From NCBI GenBank assembly GCA_008636045.1, contig SNRW01000026.1, positions 1-39,811 on the forward strand: a DNA stretch of 39,811 bases, read 5' to 3'. Each line of letters opens with the position of its first letter. Position 1 is the first letter of the stretch. Origin of the DNA: Streblomastix strix. Lineage: Eukaryota. The notes beneath the pieces were generated by a model, which made no database searches, was not told where the DNA came from, and saw only the letters and a list, made by a program, of their open reading frames with translations. The translations under genes were made by a program, and so were the position numbers. Shown here piece after piece: positions 1-12,434 of this stretch.

Positions 1-387
1 GAAACTGAAAAAGAGAAGGTTGATTGGAGTGATGAAGATGATAATTTGAATTAAGGATCATTTTTTGATGTTTGGCAAAGTGATTGGAATGAATTGAATA
101 GAAAACAGTAAATTGAGCAGAAGATCAAAATGGCAAATACAAAATTGGATGAATCGGAACATTAATAAGAAGGAATTGAAGATAAAAAAGATAAATAAGA
201 ATATAAAGTTACATTTATAAATGCAAGTTCATTATTAAACAGCAATAACTAACAATAAAATTAAGGAATTGCGGATGAATTTGCAAAGTTTGAAAGAGAA
301 TTAATTCTGCAGAACTTTGAGTTTAGTAAAGAAAATGATGAAGATGATAAAGAAGACTAAATTAACAATAAAAATGACAGTATCTGA
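1..387 (+). CDS. 3' end of an acidic, Gln/Asn-rich host protein (partial, runs in from the window edge)
   Basis: Frame 1 is open for 128 codons if TAA=Gln (ETEKEKVDWSDEDDNLNQGSFFDVWQSDW...NNKNDSI) and ends at TGA 385-387. Confidence 0.75.
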
Positions 388-681
388 AGAATAGAATGAA
401 ACTATAAACAATTGGTATCAGGAAAAGGAGAAATTATAATATATCATAAATAACAATAACTCATCAGCAGATAGTTTTACCTATTTTTGAAAGAAATTGA
501 TTTTTTCCAATTTCTTGAGGCCTATAATATTTTTTTTCTTTGATTTCACATCATAAATTCATGGTTCGTGAAAAGTATTTGAATATTAAAATAAATTTAT
601 ATGAGTTCATTAATATATTTACTTTATTTTGTATCATTGAAATGAATGCATGAAATGATAGGAATGAAATTTCCTCATTAA

Positions 682-1525
682 TCATTATTCCGTCTGACAT
701 GCAGCCAAAACATTAGCAACGCTCCCAGTCTCCTTCTTCACAGAATGAGAAGCAACTTCCCCAAGAACAGCAGCCAAAGGTTCAAAGAAGAATCCGCACA
801 GTTGTTTGTCGATACTTTCAGCTGCCTCACAGACATTGGCCTGTTCATAGCAGTGCTCATCCATGAACTTAGAGTATACTTGAGTGAGCACTGTGCACAT
901 TGAGACCACAACTTTACAGTAGTCAACATATGCAGGAATCTCACCTGGAACCTGCAACACTTCAAAGTAGACTCCTTATGAATCGCGAACTAAGGAACCT
1001 TTCAGCTTCTCTCGATCTGTGCTTTCTTGTATCTGCCTCTCTTTGGCTTTACTCCTCATACTGGCCTGCTCACGTGAATCGGCTATGAAATATGAGTATT
1101 CTATCAATAACTGCACTACTTGGCGCACAAAATTCGCTCCAGGAGCATAACCCAGCAATGATCCCAAACTAAGTCCTAATGTGAACCATTCTTTAATCCT
1201 ACATTTATTAAAATGCATAATTTGAGAGAATAAAATTATTATGTATAAACCTTCGTCTTGCGCGTTCATTCGACAGAGATGCACGAGCTTCTGTTGGACC
1301 AATTTGCACCAATCCCATCCACAGAATTCCATCTCCACTATGAACTGCTTTAAAAACATCTAATGCCTCTATATATGTTAGATAAATGCAAGCATAATAT
1401 GTAAAAATAATAAAAAAAGATCTAACTTCTTCGCTTCTCCACGAGGTTCTGTAAAAATCAAAAGAAAGATTAATCGAAATTATAATAAAAGAGAGCTATA
1501 CCATAATCTTTGGAAGTCCACTCAT
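682..1525 (-). CDS. Conserved hypothetical host protein, 3 introns
   Basis: GT-AG introns at about 1449-1501, 1369-1426 and 1199-1250 give a continuous frame: MSGLPKIMNLVEKRRKALDVFKAVHSGDGILWMGLVQIG...RRRIKEWFTLGLSLGSLL...PAYVDYCKVVVSMCTVLTQVYSKF...CQTEQ, ending TGA 682-684. It resembles, from memory, an uncharacterised eukaryotic family (KR..LD....H.G...W ... DY.....LC.VL...Y.K). Confidence 0.75.
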
Positions 1526-1869
1526 ATCTTATAATCTGTATAATAAATGCGAATCGTATCATAATAAATTTTTTAATTCATTCTTTTATTTCAGAAAATG
1601 GAATTTATTCGAAAAATTATAAAAATATCGGATCTAGCGTAGTAAAACGATAAATCCGTATTTAAATAGTTTAATTTACTAAAAAATAATTAATTAATAT
1701 AAAAATATTTGTTGCTAGCGTATTTTCAACACGTAGATACCTGAATAAAACCAATCTAACGACGAATGAAATTCGGTAATTAATTAACAAAATTAATTTA
1801 TTGAATTTGTATATTTAATAAATATAATATGCATGCAATAAATGTAGTATGTTTATATTATTTTTTCAC

Positions 1870-3378
1870 TCAGCTAATTTCATTTAGTATCATCTTTAAA
1901 TCATCTGATACTTTTTTAACCTTATCCATCATTTCTGAAGAATGGAATATGTGTAGTTCAATTTCTTCCAACCCACCGCCATCTTCCATTTAAAATACAA
2001 TCTCTTAAATAAGTTCAGGGCTTTCAGGACACCAATCTGTCCCTTCATTAAGTTCATAAAGGATTTCCCACAGACCATCAAATGCGCTCTCAATTACATC
2101 GCTGTCTTCTTCCATACTCCCACCACCAATTGCAATGGCTTCAATAAACGCATGAATATATCTTAATTTGATTATAAGCTCAAATTGGATGTCTGGTGAA
2201 ACAGATCGCTATATAAGGCAAAGATATTCAAAGCACTATTTTCTTAGTGTTATGGCTTTATCTTTCCAAATCATATTCTTTCTTCTTTGTTTACGCTGAA
2301 AATGAGAGAGTATAATAATTGCAGTAATAATACCTATATCTTAAGAAGCAGATTCAACAAATGGTGTGTTGAATAAGGAGAGTTAGAATAATAAAGCAAG
2401 AGAATTTGCTGCTAAATGAGGAGAAAATGATAATTAGTGTTGTTAATTAGACAATTTACCATTAATTTGTAATTATTATGCAAAGTTGATTATATATGGT
2501 CTTACATGAGCAAGAATTTAATGGTAATCAATAATATATTGTTTAGAATTGCTGTTTTCCGTTAAAAATGCAACTGTGCATAAAGATTCTGATAGAATTT
2601 CTTATGATACCAATGTGCTTGGTAAGTCAATTCGATCATCGCATTCTAAATCCTCAGAGCAATTGATATGGATAAATGTTGAAACAGTTTCAAGAATTTA
2701 CTGTTCTAAAAAATAATTTAGCATATTTGATTCCTCTACAAGATATCTTAGCCCTTTCATCATTTTGATTCCCCTCATCACAAATAAATGTTAGTTTTAA
2801 AATTCTTCTTATTCTCTCTTTTTTCCAAACTATTATTTCCGATTAAATCTTTTAATATAATTAGAAAAATTATTTATATGATATATAATAGTTTATGAAC
2901 ATTTAGTGAGAATATTACCCTCAATTTTCTGGCATTTCATCATACAACATAATGTCCAAATCAAATTTAGAGATGATTCAGATTCATTTTTATCTTCAAT
3001 TTGTAATGTTTCTAAATCATGTTGTCTAAGAATAATCTCTTCAACTTTCATTATTAATCCTGATTAATATAAATGTGTAAAAAATACATTTACTTCACCT
3101 TTCTGGGAAAATTCTGCTCCACGCTCAACAATTAATTTCACAACATCTAGAAGCTTTATTCCAATTTGTAACGGGCATAAATCAATTTAAACTTTCAAAT
3201 GTACACAAGACTACCAGTTTACAGCAGATATAAAATCATTTTTCCCAATCTTCTGAAAGAAATTGTGCATTTCTTTTACTTTAGCAAGTTCCTTTTTTTC
3301 TGCTTCAACGCGAAGATTTTCTATTGTTTCTAAAATAGATAACGTATATTCCTTCGCATTCTGTTAGGAATCTAGCAT
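1870..3378 (-). CDS. Oxymonad-type hypothetical protein, ARM-like helical family
   Basis: ATG 3378 (MLDSQQNAKEYTLSILETIE...), intron about 2849-2918, C-terminus IAIGGGSMEEDSDVIESAFDGLWEILYEL...QMEDGGGLEEIELHIFHS...NEIS, TGA 1870-1872. The 'E..GG.EEIE' C-terminal motif is typical of an expanded Streblomastix family as I recall it. The middle of the frame was not read codon by codon. Confidence 0.7.
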
Positions 3379-3746
3379 TTATTGTATATGAAATTGCCTA
3401 ATATTCAATTTAAAATTCTAATAAAAATAAAAAAAAAATTGATTTTATTTTACCTTTTAAATAAAAAAAAATCGGTTGAGTGGTGAATATTGAAGTTATT
3501 ATCATATTGTGTATATTATGATTACAAACAAACAATTTATTAAATTAAAGTGAATAACAACATAAAAAATAAACTTAATTTAAATTGGGTGTTAATTTAA
3601 AATAAAAAAGTGGCGAAAAACTTGTAACAAATAACATAAAATTGTTGTAATAGTTTTAAAAAATATAAATAAATAAATAAACAATAAATATCATAAGTTT
3701 CAAAAAAAATTATAAAATTTTATTGTTATTATTATAAGACATTATT

Positions 3747-6700
3747 TCAAGATTTATAAATGTTTAATTTTATATCATATATTGTTTGATTTATCATCTC
3801 AATAATTGACTCATAATATTACTTTTCTTAATCGCTTACACTCGTACTAGTTTCGAAGAATGATTTAGAAGAAAATGGCTCAGAAAACTGATCTAAATCA
3901 ATGTCTTTATTTAGAACATCTCGACATACTCTCTCACTAAGGAATAGCATGAATCCACGATCCTCTTTTATAAAGTGGTTAACAAGGAGTGTTTATGAGA
4001 ATGCAAAAAGTTCATTTTTCCTTGGGAGGGCTTTTATTATGGCATCACCTTAATCAATTTCTTACTATTCTTGTTCAGAGCCGCTTTTAATTGAATCTTA
4101 AGTCATTACATCAAAAAAATGATTCAACATTTATATTGCTTTATGAAATCTTTTTATCACAAAAGAATGAAATTTGATGTAGTTTCTGATGATTTGAACG
4201 TGTGCATCATAATGTGTAGATATGATTTAGTCTTTTTATTTGAATATATTCATCAAATTCTCTTAATCAGAAAAATGCGTCATAATTCTCCAGAGAATCA
4301 CATTGAGATAAAGTTAGATACGGATTAAACATTTGTTCTGCGTTAATGATTCATCTCTTAATTAATTCAAAAAATTATTATTAATTTATTATTTTTTTTT
4401 AATGGTGTTTTTTAGTTTATTATTTAATTTCTTCATCTCGTTCCAAATAATCAATATTTTTCTCATCTCTTCATTCATTTATTACACAACAAGAGTCATT
4501 GTTTTAGTGATATTTCTTATCGCATTATCTATACGAGGGACATCCATTGTCAAACTTTCATTGAAGAATATTTCATCATTTAAAATTATTCTCTTACTGA
4601 CTGATTATGTAAATTCATCGATCCATTCCGTTCTCTGTGTTATATCTCTAAAAAATTTTGGAAGTGGNNNNNNNNNNNNNNNNNNNNNNNNNNNNNNNNN
4701 NNNNNNNNNNNNNNNNNNNNNNNNNNNNNNNNNNNNNNNNNNNNNNNNNNNNNNNNNNNNNNNNNNNTCTAATTATTGATTAAGTTTCTGGATTGTTCCA
4801 GCAAGTTCATGTAAGTCAGTTGCATATTTGCTCCCATTAAAACATGGTGAATTTATAAATCCTGGATAAAGAATATAACTTTGGTCAGGCACATTGTATA
4901 TTATGTTTGAAACATACATCGTGCAGAAACATGTTATTCGTATTATATCTGATATTATGAGTTCATTTATTATAATTAATCCAACTTTTCCATTTACCTG
5001 TGAGACTAAGTAATATGTATAAACATAAAAAATAATGATTAAGATGATAGTAAGAAGCGAGCCAACATAAATGCGTCCTTATATTTGAACAGAAATAATT
5101 CCTGAATTTGTTGAAATTTTCCTCTCAATATCATCTGTTCGTTGTTATGCAACTAATTTTTCATCAACTTCAATATTATCTTCTTTATCATTATTTTCAT
5201 AAATGCTCTCTTAATGAGAACTATTCAAAATTACTGCATTTTTCTTCTTTAATGACTTTAAATTAGTTTGACATGTATTACTTGTATTATTTTCAGTAAA
5301 TTTGACATTCAATTTCAATAGGATATCCCTTTTCATATCATAGATTTATTATTAACTATTATATTCATTCTCAACAGAGCAGTTTTTAGTAATTAAATTC
5401 GAGTTAAAACTAGGAGATGATGACTAAGGAACATTTTCATAATTTTAATCTAAACTATTATCTGAATTTTAATTTGAAACTTCATTATTTTAATCTTTAT
5501 CGATAGATGTTTGATTATTTCTGAATTATTCCTAAACAATTAATAACAGTTGAGTTAAATCTTAAATTGGTAATAAGCATAAATCACGAATTTTATTCTT
5601 TCTTATTGTTGTGGTGAAAAGTATTTTCAAAGAAATTGGAAGAGTTATCCCAAATATTACTATTAAAATTGAAAAGGCCATAAAAATAAGAGTCATAAAC
5701 TCCAACTAGTTCAGACTAACTGAAATTTCTTTGACAGCAAAGAAGCTTATATATTTCATCATTTCTGTGCCAACAAACGGAAAGTTAAAAATGAGTGGAG
5801 CTATATCATATTTTAATTTAGCATATGTTGTTCTTTATATTGGAGATGTATCGCTGATGTTTTGGAAGTCATTCATTATTTTTATAATAAAATCTTGAGA
5901 CCATCCGATAAATCGAGGTATATTAATCTTTTTGACTAATTAATCTTTAATAATGTATTATGGATTAAGTGAAGATTAATTTGATTACATAATTTCCAGG
6001 TTCAAACTATTCCATTCGTATTAATTTTCAATCCAAAGGTTATTTTTAAATCCCCATTTAAATATGTTGACAAATGCCAGATTAAGATTAAATAGTGTAA
6101 AATTCTACTATTAAGCTCCTTAAAAATATATTTCCTTATATTCTACTCCCATATCAATCTATTTTGAATATATAAATAAAAAATTATATTGTATTTCATT
6201 ATTAACTATTTATATATTAAACACAAAAAGTGGTTAATTTTCTTATAACATTCATAATTAATTTAAAAAAAGTGTATCATACATTTTATTCGAGTAGAAA
6301 AATAATATAAATTTAATAGGAAGCAAAGTCAAGTGATTTACACAACCAATCTTCAATATCCAGAGCTTTTTTTGCAGTATAACAATCATCAACAACAGAT
6401 GAAAATCGTACATTCATAAAAAAGAATGAGATAATGATTAGAAAAATTATCCACACAAGTGAAGCATATAAAAACTTTATGATAAGATTAATTACTTTCC
6501 TTTATGACTCAAAAAGAACTGAATTGTATTCGCCATGCTCATTTCCCATTAAATGTTTTTCATAATTCCATATTGTAGTTTTTTATATTCTTTATTTTAA
6601 TTTTCTGTATTAATAGTCTTCATTTGAGTCTATATTCTTCAAAACATTGCCTTTGGTTGTCCCTTATTTATTGTCCACACTGTTTTGTTCTTTGATCTTA

Positions 6701-9700
6701 TTATCTTATTTTTTATTATTTATATTCTTATTCATCTTTTGAGAAGTTAAACGAGAATTTTCCCCATCAATCTACTCTGCATCTTATAGCATCATATTTG
6801 CCTATTAATAATTTCCATATATGTCTCATACGAGGACAGAAAATTTACGTAAAATGTTTGATTTATTTGGAAAATCAGTAAGAAGCTATTCAAATATATT
6901 CCAAGCAGCAATTGTGTTACTGGCTGATTTAACAGAATGAAATACAACACGGTTCATATCAACTGTGCCACGAATTAGAAGTTGAAGCATTTACATTAGA
7001 TGCGCTTTTGCTAAGTCTGTATATGCACTGGCCTAACTCAATTTTTGGTTAATGGAATGCTCCTAACTGGTTGTAAATAATATAATTGACAAATTTCAAT
7101 AAAAAATAATTATTTTAATAAAATGAAAAAAATTTAATATATAAACAATTGGGGAAATGAAAGATTCATGTACCTATTGTTAGAAAAAGCATATTCAAAC
7201 GATGTATTTGATCCTTGTCTACTTAAGTCAAATTTCCTTATTTCGTCTTCTTCAATTTTCTATTAAACAAAATAAGAAATAGAAAATAAGAGATAAAATA
7301 ATCCTATAAAATAATAAGAATATTTTTTCATATAATATTTTATATCATATTCAATACTTTCATTGTTCTATAAATAATCCATTTATTTGTCCATCCTGGA
7401 AACATATCAGACGCTTAATGTAAAAGGTCAACAATCTTTTATTATAGATTTTTCTTGAAATTAATCATATACAGCGCAATTGTCACACAAAGTTCAGCAG
7501 AATATTTAAACTTGTCCTTCTTTAAAGCATTTACCAAAATTACATATGTGAATGACTTGATTTTATCATTCGTATATAACTCTCTTAAGCACATATACCT
7601 AATTCCCTTCTCCAGTTAAGATGGAGTAGACCAAACCTTGAGTACATTACTGACTACGTTTGGAGGAGCTTATAGAGAAGTCTTTGACCATTTGAGATTT
7701 GGATGTGATGAACTAACTGCAAATGGAGAAATACGGCCAATAACTATAACTGTTTTGATAGTACTATTACATCAAATTAAATTTACTGCTTTAATCTTAG
7801 TTGTAACTTTATCAATTTTACTCTTTGAAGAAATTTTACTTGATTTTTATTGATTAGTCTGCATTGGTGAAGTATTATAGAGTAAATGAGAAGATTATTA
7901 TCTTTATAATCTAATATTGCTTTAATATAAACTAGATAAAACACTGGCATATTTCTTTTGTGTAATTTTTGATATATAATGTATGGATCCTGGTTGGTTT
8001 AACAAGGGTTTATCAAATTACTTAGGTATATCTATCACTTTAATTTCACTAAATGTACTATTACTTCCACTTTATCTAAGTGCACTATTACTTCCACTTT
8101 ATCTGAGTATACTATTACTTCCATTATATCCGAGTGTACCAGTATTCCCCTTGAAGAAGTGTTTCATAGCGCGTGTTTCAACAGAGAATACAATATCTGA
8201 TTTCCATTATTCAAGTTTCAAAGCAACACCAACAATATATCCACGTTTTCTTTTCTTATTCATGTTCATTTCCTCGTATTTTGTTTTTTTCCTTAAAGAT
8301 CTATATGAATAATATTCTTCTTCTGATGGTAAATTTATACCATACGAAATTTGTGATGTTAAACTTTTTGAAGTTTAGATGTTTGCCTTAAGAGTGTGTT
8401 ACATTATTTCATCAGCACAGTTTGAATGTACTTACATGGATTGTCTGATTCCTTTCATATAATTTGACTATGTTTATGTCTTCGATGTATTTTGGTTGTC
8501 TAAAATTATGCATTAATTGCAATTGATGGTATAATTCTCATTAATATCTTCTTCTTAGTCTCGAGTTACAATAAAATACTCATAAACAGGCTTCAGAATC
8601 CAACTTTTAATAGCAGCTTTCTTTGCGAGAATATATCCAACCCATCCAAGAATCAAAGAGAAAAGTATAATTGAGAGGTATATTATAATATTAACTCCTA
8701 CAATCTAAAACCATCCAAATAATTTAAATCCATTAGTTATGTTAGATCGGCCAATTGATGCCAGTCTTTTCAAACCTGATAAGCAAAATGATGTTAAACC
8801 TCCACCAGCTGCAATGAAAAGACACGAAGTATGAATTTGGTTTCCAAATGTTAATGTGAAAGGCTGAAATAGTATCACATATATACCCATTGAAAGGAAG
8901 AATACAATTTACACAAACGAAGAAATCATTGGTGAGATTTCGATTAATAATGTTTGTATAATAACTACAATTCCAGTAATGATGAAGCAAAATGAAGCAA
9001 AAATTCCTTTCCTAGAATCAGCAACAGTTGATTTCTCATAATCCATGTGAAATACAAAGAATTCAAACAAACTTCCATACAAAAGGAGAATAATTGCAAA
9101 TATAATACCAATTATATATAATATTATGATTGATCATTTATTTCCACAATGTATAAGATTTAATGAATTCTACTCTTCCACGCCTTTAATAATTAAGCAA
9201 AGTAGTGGTTTAGCAAAAATAGAAAGTATGGGTATAGAAATAGCTTTTATTATAATAACAACAAGGATTCTTGTGATTATTTATAAGTCATGTAGTATCT
9301 TTGCGTATTTTACATAGTAAATAAATACAACAGTATGGCAAGTAATGACAATAACTATAAGAAAGATGAATATAATAATAAAGACAATCAGCGTATTTGA
9401 ATAAGGATGATAAAAAGAAGGATCAAAATAAAGTCTGTAGAATAATAAAATTTATGAAACAAATATTAAATAATAATAATTAACCCTATTCCTTTTATGA
9501 ATAAGTTAAATCCAGTGTCATTTATATCAGATCTTTTCAAAGGAAGGAAAAATAGCTGAAAACAATGCAATATAATTAATCCAATGTAAATAGAGTTTGA
9601 AATTGGATGCTCGTGCTGTAAATAGATAATTAAAATACAAAATCTTATTAATTTCTAAAAAGAAGAAAAATCATACAAGTTTAATGCTATAGAAGAAGGA

Positions 9701-9900
9701 AAAAAGCCTGAAGAAATATAAAATACATTAATTAAAAATGAAAAAGATTAAATTCATACATCATCACAAATTTCGAGAAATGTGCATATACAATTTAAGT
9801 GTCTATAATAGTTTTCTGTTCCATTTATCTAGAATATTTTAAATATATAAATAAAAATAAATTAGACTTATGTAATAGTTTGCAATACACGATTTTACAT
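3747..9900 (-). CDS. Large multi-pass membrane protein, TmcB/TmcC-like, with a C-terminal hemerythrin-like domain (start approximate; spans the N gap at 4668-4767)
   Basis: Hydrophobic TM-like stretches at about 8600-9600, 6350-6480, 5600-5720 and 4960-5080. TPR-like segment PSQLEKGIRY...YSAELCVTIALYM...FPGWTNKWIIY. C-terminus FFNESLTMDVPRIDN...MTHFSDQENLM...THYDAHVQII...LVNHFIKEDRGF, TGA 3747-3749. Several short AT-rich GT-AG introns. Confidence 0.65.
4668..4767. other. Assembly gap (100 N)
   Basis: Run of N. Confidence 0.99.
8057..8145. repeat. 27-bp coding tandem repeat, about 3 copies
   Basis: ACTATTACTTCCACTTTATCT(A/G)AGT.. repeated. On the minus strand it encodes LRQSGSNS-type units inside the membrane protein. 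Confidence 0.85.
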
Positions 9901-10226
9901 AATAAAAATGTTTCGAGCTGTTTTTCGTGTTAAGTACAATATATTATGATTAAAATAAAATTTTTATTGTGTAAAAAATTAAGATTCACTCAAAATATTA
10001 TGATATTAAAGTATGCAGTTATATGAAGCGAGAAACAATTCTCTAAATTCTTAAAGGCGTAATCATTGCATAAGTCACATAATTAGTATTTAAAATAATA
10101 ATAAATGATGTTAATTCATTCATAAGTTTATATAATAAGGTTTATTTTCGGTTCAATTTAGTATTATAAAAGAAAATTGCATATCAGAATAAGATCAATC
10201 TTATTCATCATCAAGGATGTCTAGAT

Positions 10227-10429
10227 CAGTAGTATATAGGGGTGAAGTTTGCCCCAACGTATTAATTTATCTTTTTTAGCACTGGATAATGTAAAATCAA
10301 TCTTTCATATTACGAATTCGGAATGCTTTCGCATCCTCATTCATAATATTCAAGCTAAATTTTACATTTCACAGTATCAATAAAGATAAATTAATAAATT
10401 AGTGCGAACTTCACCCCTATATACTACTG
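10227..10429. repeat. Inverted-repeat-bounded 203-bp segment with Polinton-like AGTAGT terminus
   Basis: CAGTAGTATATAGGGGTGAAGTT (10227-10249) is the perfect reverse complement of AACTTCACCCCTATATACTACTG (10407-10429). No flanking TSD. Confidence 0.9.
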
Positions 10430-10560
10430 CGTATGCAGGCTACTCGCAGCGGGCCACTGATTCAGCAATGCCCCATACATTACTGTTCGACATTATACGA
10501 GCCCCTATATAATAAAATAAAAAAATAAAAAAAATTAATGTAAAACGATAATGTTTAAAC

Positions 10561-11134
10561 TCACATATATAATTTGTATTCATGCATTTATGGAACAGGG
10601 GGTTATGGTTCGGGCTCTGGTTCTTCTTCTCTAATTTCTTCCTATTTCTTAGGCTGTTTATATCCTTTTATTTTTTGCTTATATTTCTCTACTTATTTAA
10701 TAGCGTCCTAATGTTATTATTTTATAAATTAGTTTTCCGTTCTCAATCGTATCAGTTCTTCCAAATCGAGCTACGGATTAGTATAATTAATTTACGGCTA
10801 TTTTGAACTTTTAACTGTTCGCTTTCTGACTACGTTTTTTTAATGGCTTTTCTCTTACTTCGTTTTAACTTTATGAGCCTTCAGTTTCATTTTCATACTC
10901 CACAGCTTCATCTTCTTCTTCAATAGGTTTTTATATCCTCTTTTTCTCAATGCCCCCGCTTCTCGCTTATAAAAGTAATTTATTTTATTGTGCCTAAGTC
11001 AATGCACGCGCTGATTTTTTCCCATCCTCATAAACTTTAATTTTATTTTTAACTTGCATAATATATCCATTATCAAAATATTCGATTTATGTCCCATTCT
11101 CAATCTAATTTTTTAATGCATGTGCCTAATCCAT
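10561..11134 (-). pseudogene. Frameshifted Lys/Glu/Gln-rich element protein
   Basis: MDQAHALKNQIENG...KSARALTQAQQNKLLLQAR/ALRKKRIQKPIEEEDEAVE.../LEELIRLRTENQFIK...EPEPEPQPPVPQMHEYKLYM*. Intronless, two frameshifts. Confidence 0.55.
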
Positions 11135-11299
11135 TTAAATATTTTAAAAATTATAAAATGATAAAAGGAATAGAAAGAAATTAATTGCGCATGTCAAAAT
11201 CAAAAAAATAAATGTCCTAATTAAAATAAAAAAAAACTATAAGACCAAGATAAAATAAAATTATAAATATTCGATGAAGCAATTAGTCGAATAAAAATA

Positions 11300-11902
11300 A
11301 TGCCAGCAGATGAATCAACAATTGAGCGGTCATTTGTGCAACCTGAAATGGAGGCATCAGCAAGAAATCACAAGAAATACAACATAAATAAATATTAACT
11401 GTATAAATATATGTATAATGATAAGTCAAAGAAAGACTAATCACTCAACAAACATTTACCAGATTATTATGGTTTCAATAACTTTACTGAAATGACTTAA
11501 TTTACTGAAATATTTAATCTACAAATTGAAACACATACCTATATGTCCGCATTACCAAATCACCCAAAAGTAAAGTACATAACAACTTATGGATAAATGG
11601 ATCAATTCAAAGCATAACGTGGATTTAATAATTATAATTTTGAAACATTGAGTGTTTAAATTATGGAGAAAATAATAGATTAAACATTATTTACACAACT
11701 ATCAGTATTACTAATTACACTGATAGAAGTATATTCAAATAAAGACAAGATATATGAACTAAAGAAAAGAAGTTATGCATTATTCAATGAATAAGCTAAT
11801 TATTATTAAAATTAATTAAATAATTATGAATTTCTATCCAATACATGTTTTATTCATCTTTGGCTTACAGAAGCATTTGATTCAGCAGAAAGAACATATT
11901 GA
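11300..11902 (+). pseudogene. Internally deleted, truncated fragment of a protein-primed PolB (N-terminal/Exo I region)
   Basis: PDYYGFNNFTEMTQFTEIFNLQIETHTY, RGFNIIIFETL and FIHLWLTEAFDSAER align with DNYKGFDFVNDIDNFINKEYVNVHMYTY, RYYITYDIETL and FLDKWLDQVFEEAK of the PolB at 21-25 kb. It is cut off where the AGTAGT terminus at 11907 begins. Confidence 0.65.
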
Positions 11903-11906
11903 TGTA

Positions 11907-12304
11907 AGTAGTTAGTAATAAAGAAGGCTGCCCTCACATATAAAACTAACACCATTTGCCTAGGCCACAAACACGTTAACATTGATGTGAAGCAGTTACG
12001 GTTTTTATGTTCTAAATTACTGTGATTCTTGAGTGCGCGTACTATTGTTTGATATTAGCTTGAAATTAGTTTTAAAAGATACTTTGAAGTGTCAAAATAA
12101 TTAGTTGAGATGTGGAGATTAATGAAATAAATGAATGATTGAATGAATGAGATGCGCTGTTGAAGATGAATGCTAAATTAATATGTTTGGATTAATGAGA
12201 TCAACAATGTTAAATATAACTTAAGTGATCAATTTTGTGATAGGTTCTTGGACAAAGAGATGCCATTTTTCTATGTTTGGGCAGCCTTCTTTATTACTAA
12301 CTAC
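11907..12304. repeat. Inverted-repeat-bounded ~400-bp segment with Polinton-like AGTAGT terminus
   Basis: GTAGTTAGTAATAAAGAAGGCTGCCC (11908-11933) is the perfect reverse complement of GGGCAGCCTTCTTTATTACTAACTAC (12279-12304), with imperfect extension of about 12 bp. No TSD. Confidence 0.9.
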
Positions 12305-12434
12305 GAACCCAAATCCAATGATTTGTGAGCTACGTGTTTAGCGTGTGGATTACTGTGATGATTAACAAAATCAATTTAATTTAAATTTAATTTATTTTTA
12401 TCAAATAACCCAAACATTTTAATTGTAAACCAAA

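Noticed and set aside
976..1359. Supplied 127-aa ORF as the true N-terminus
   Set aside because: It reads through a 52-nt GT-AG intron (1199-1250). The upstream exon is in another frame that gives a more coherent protein.
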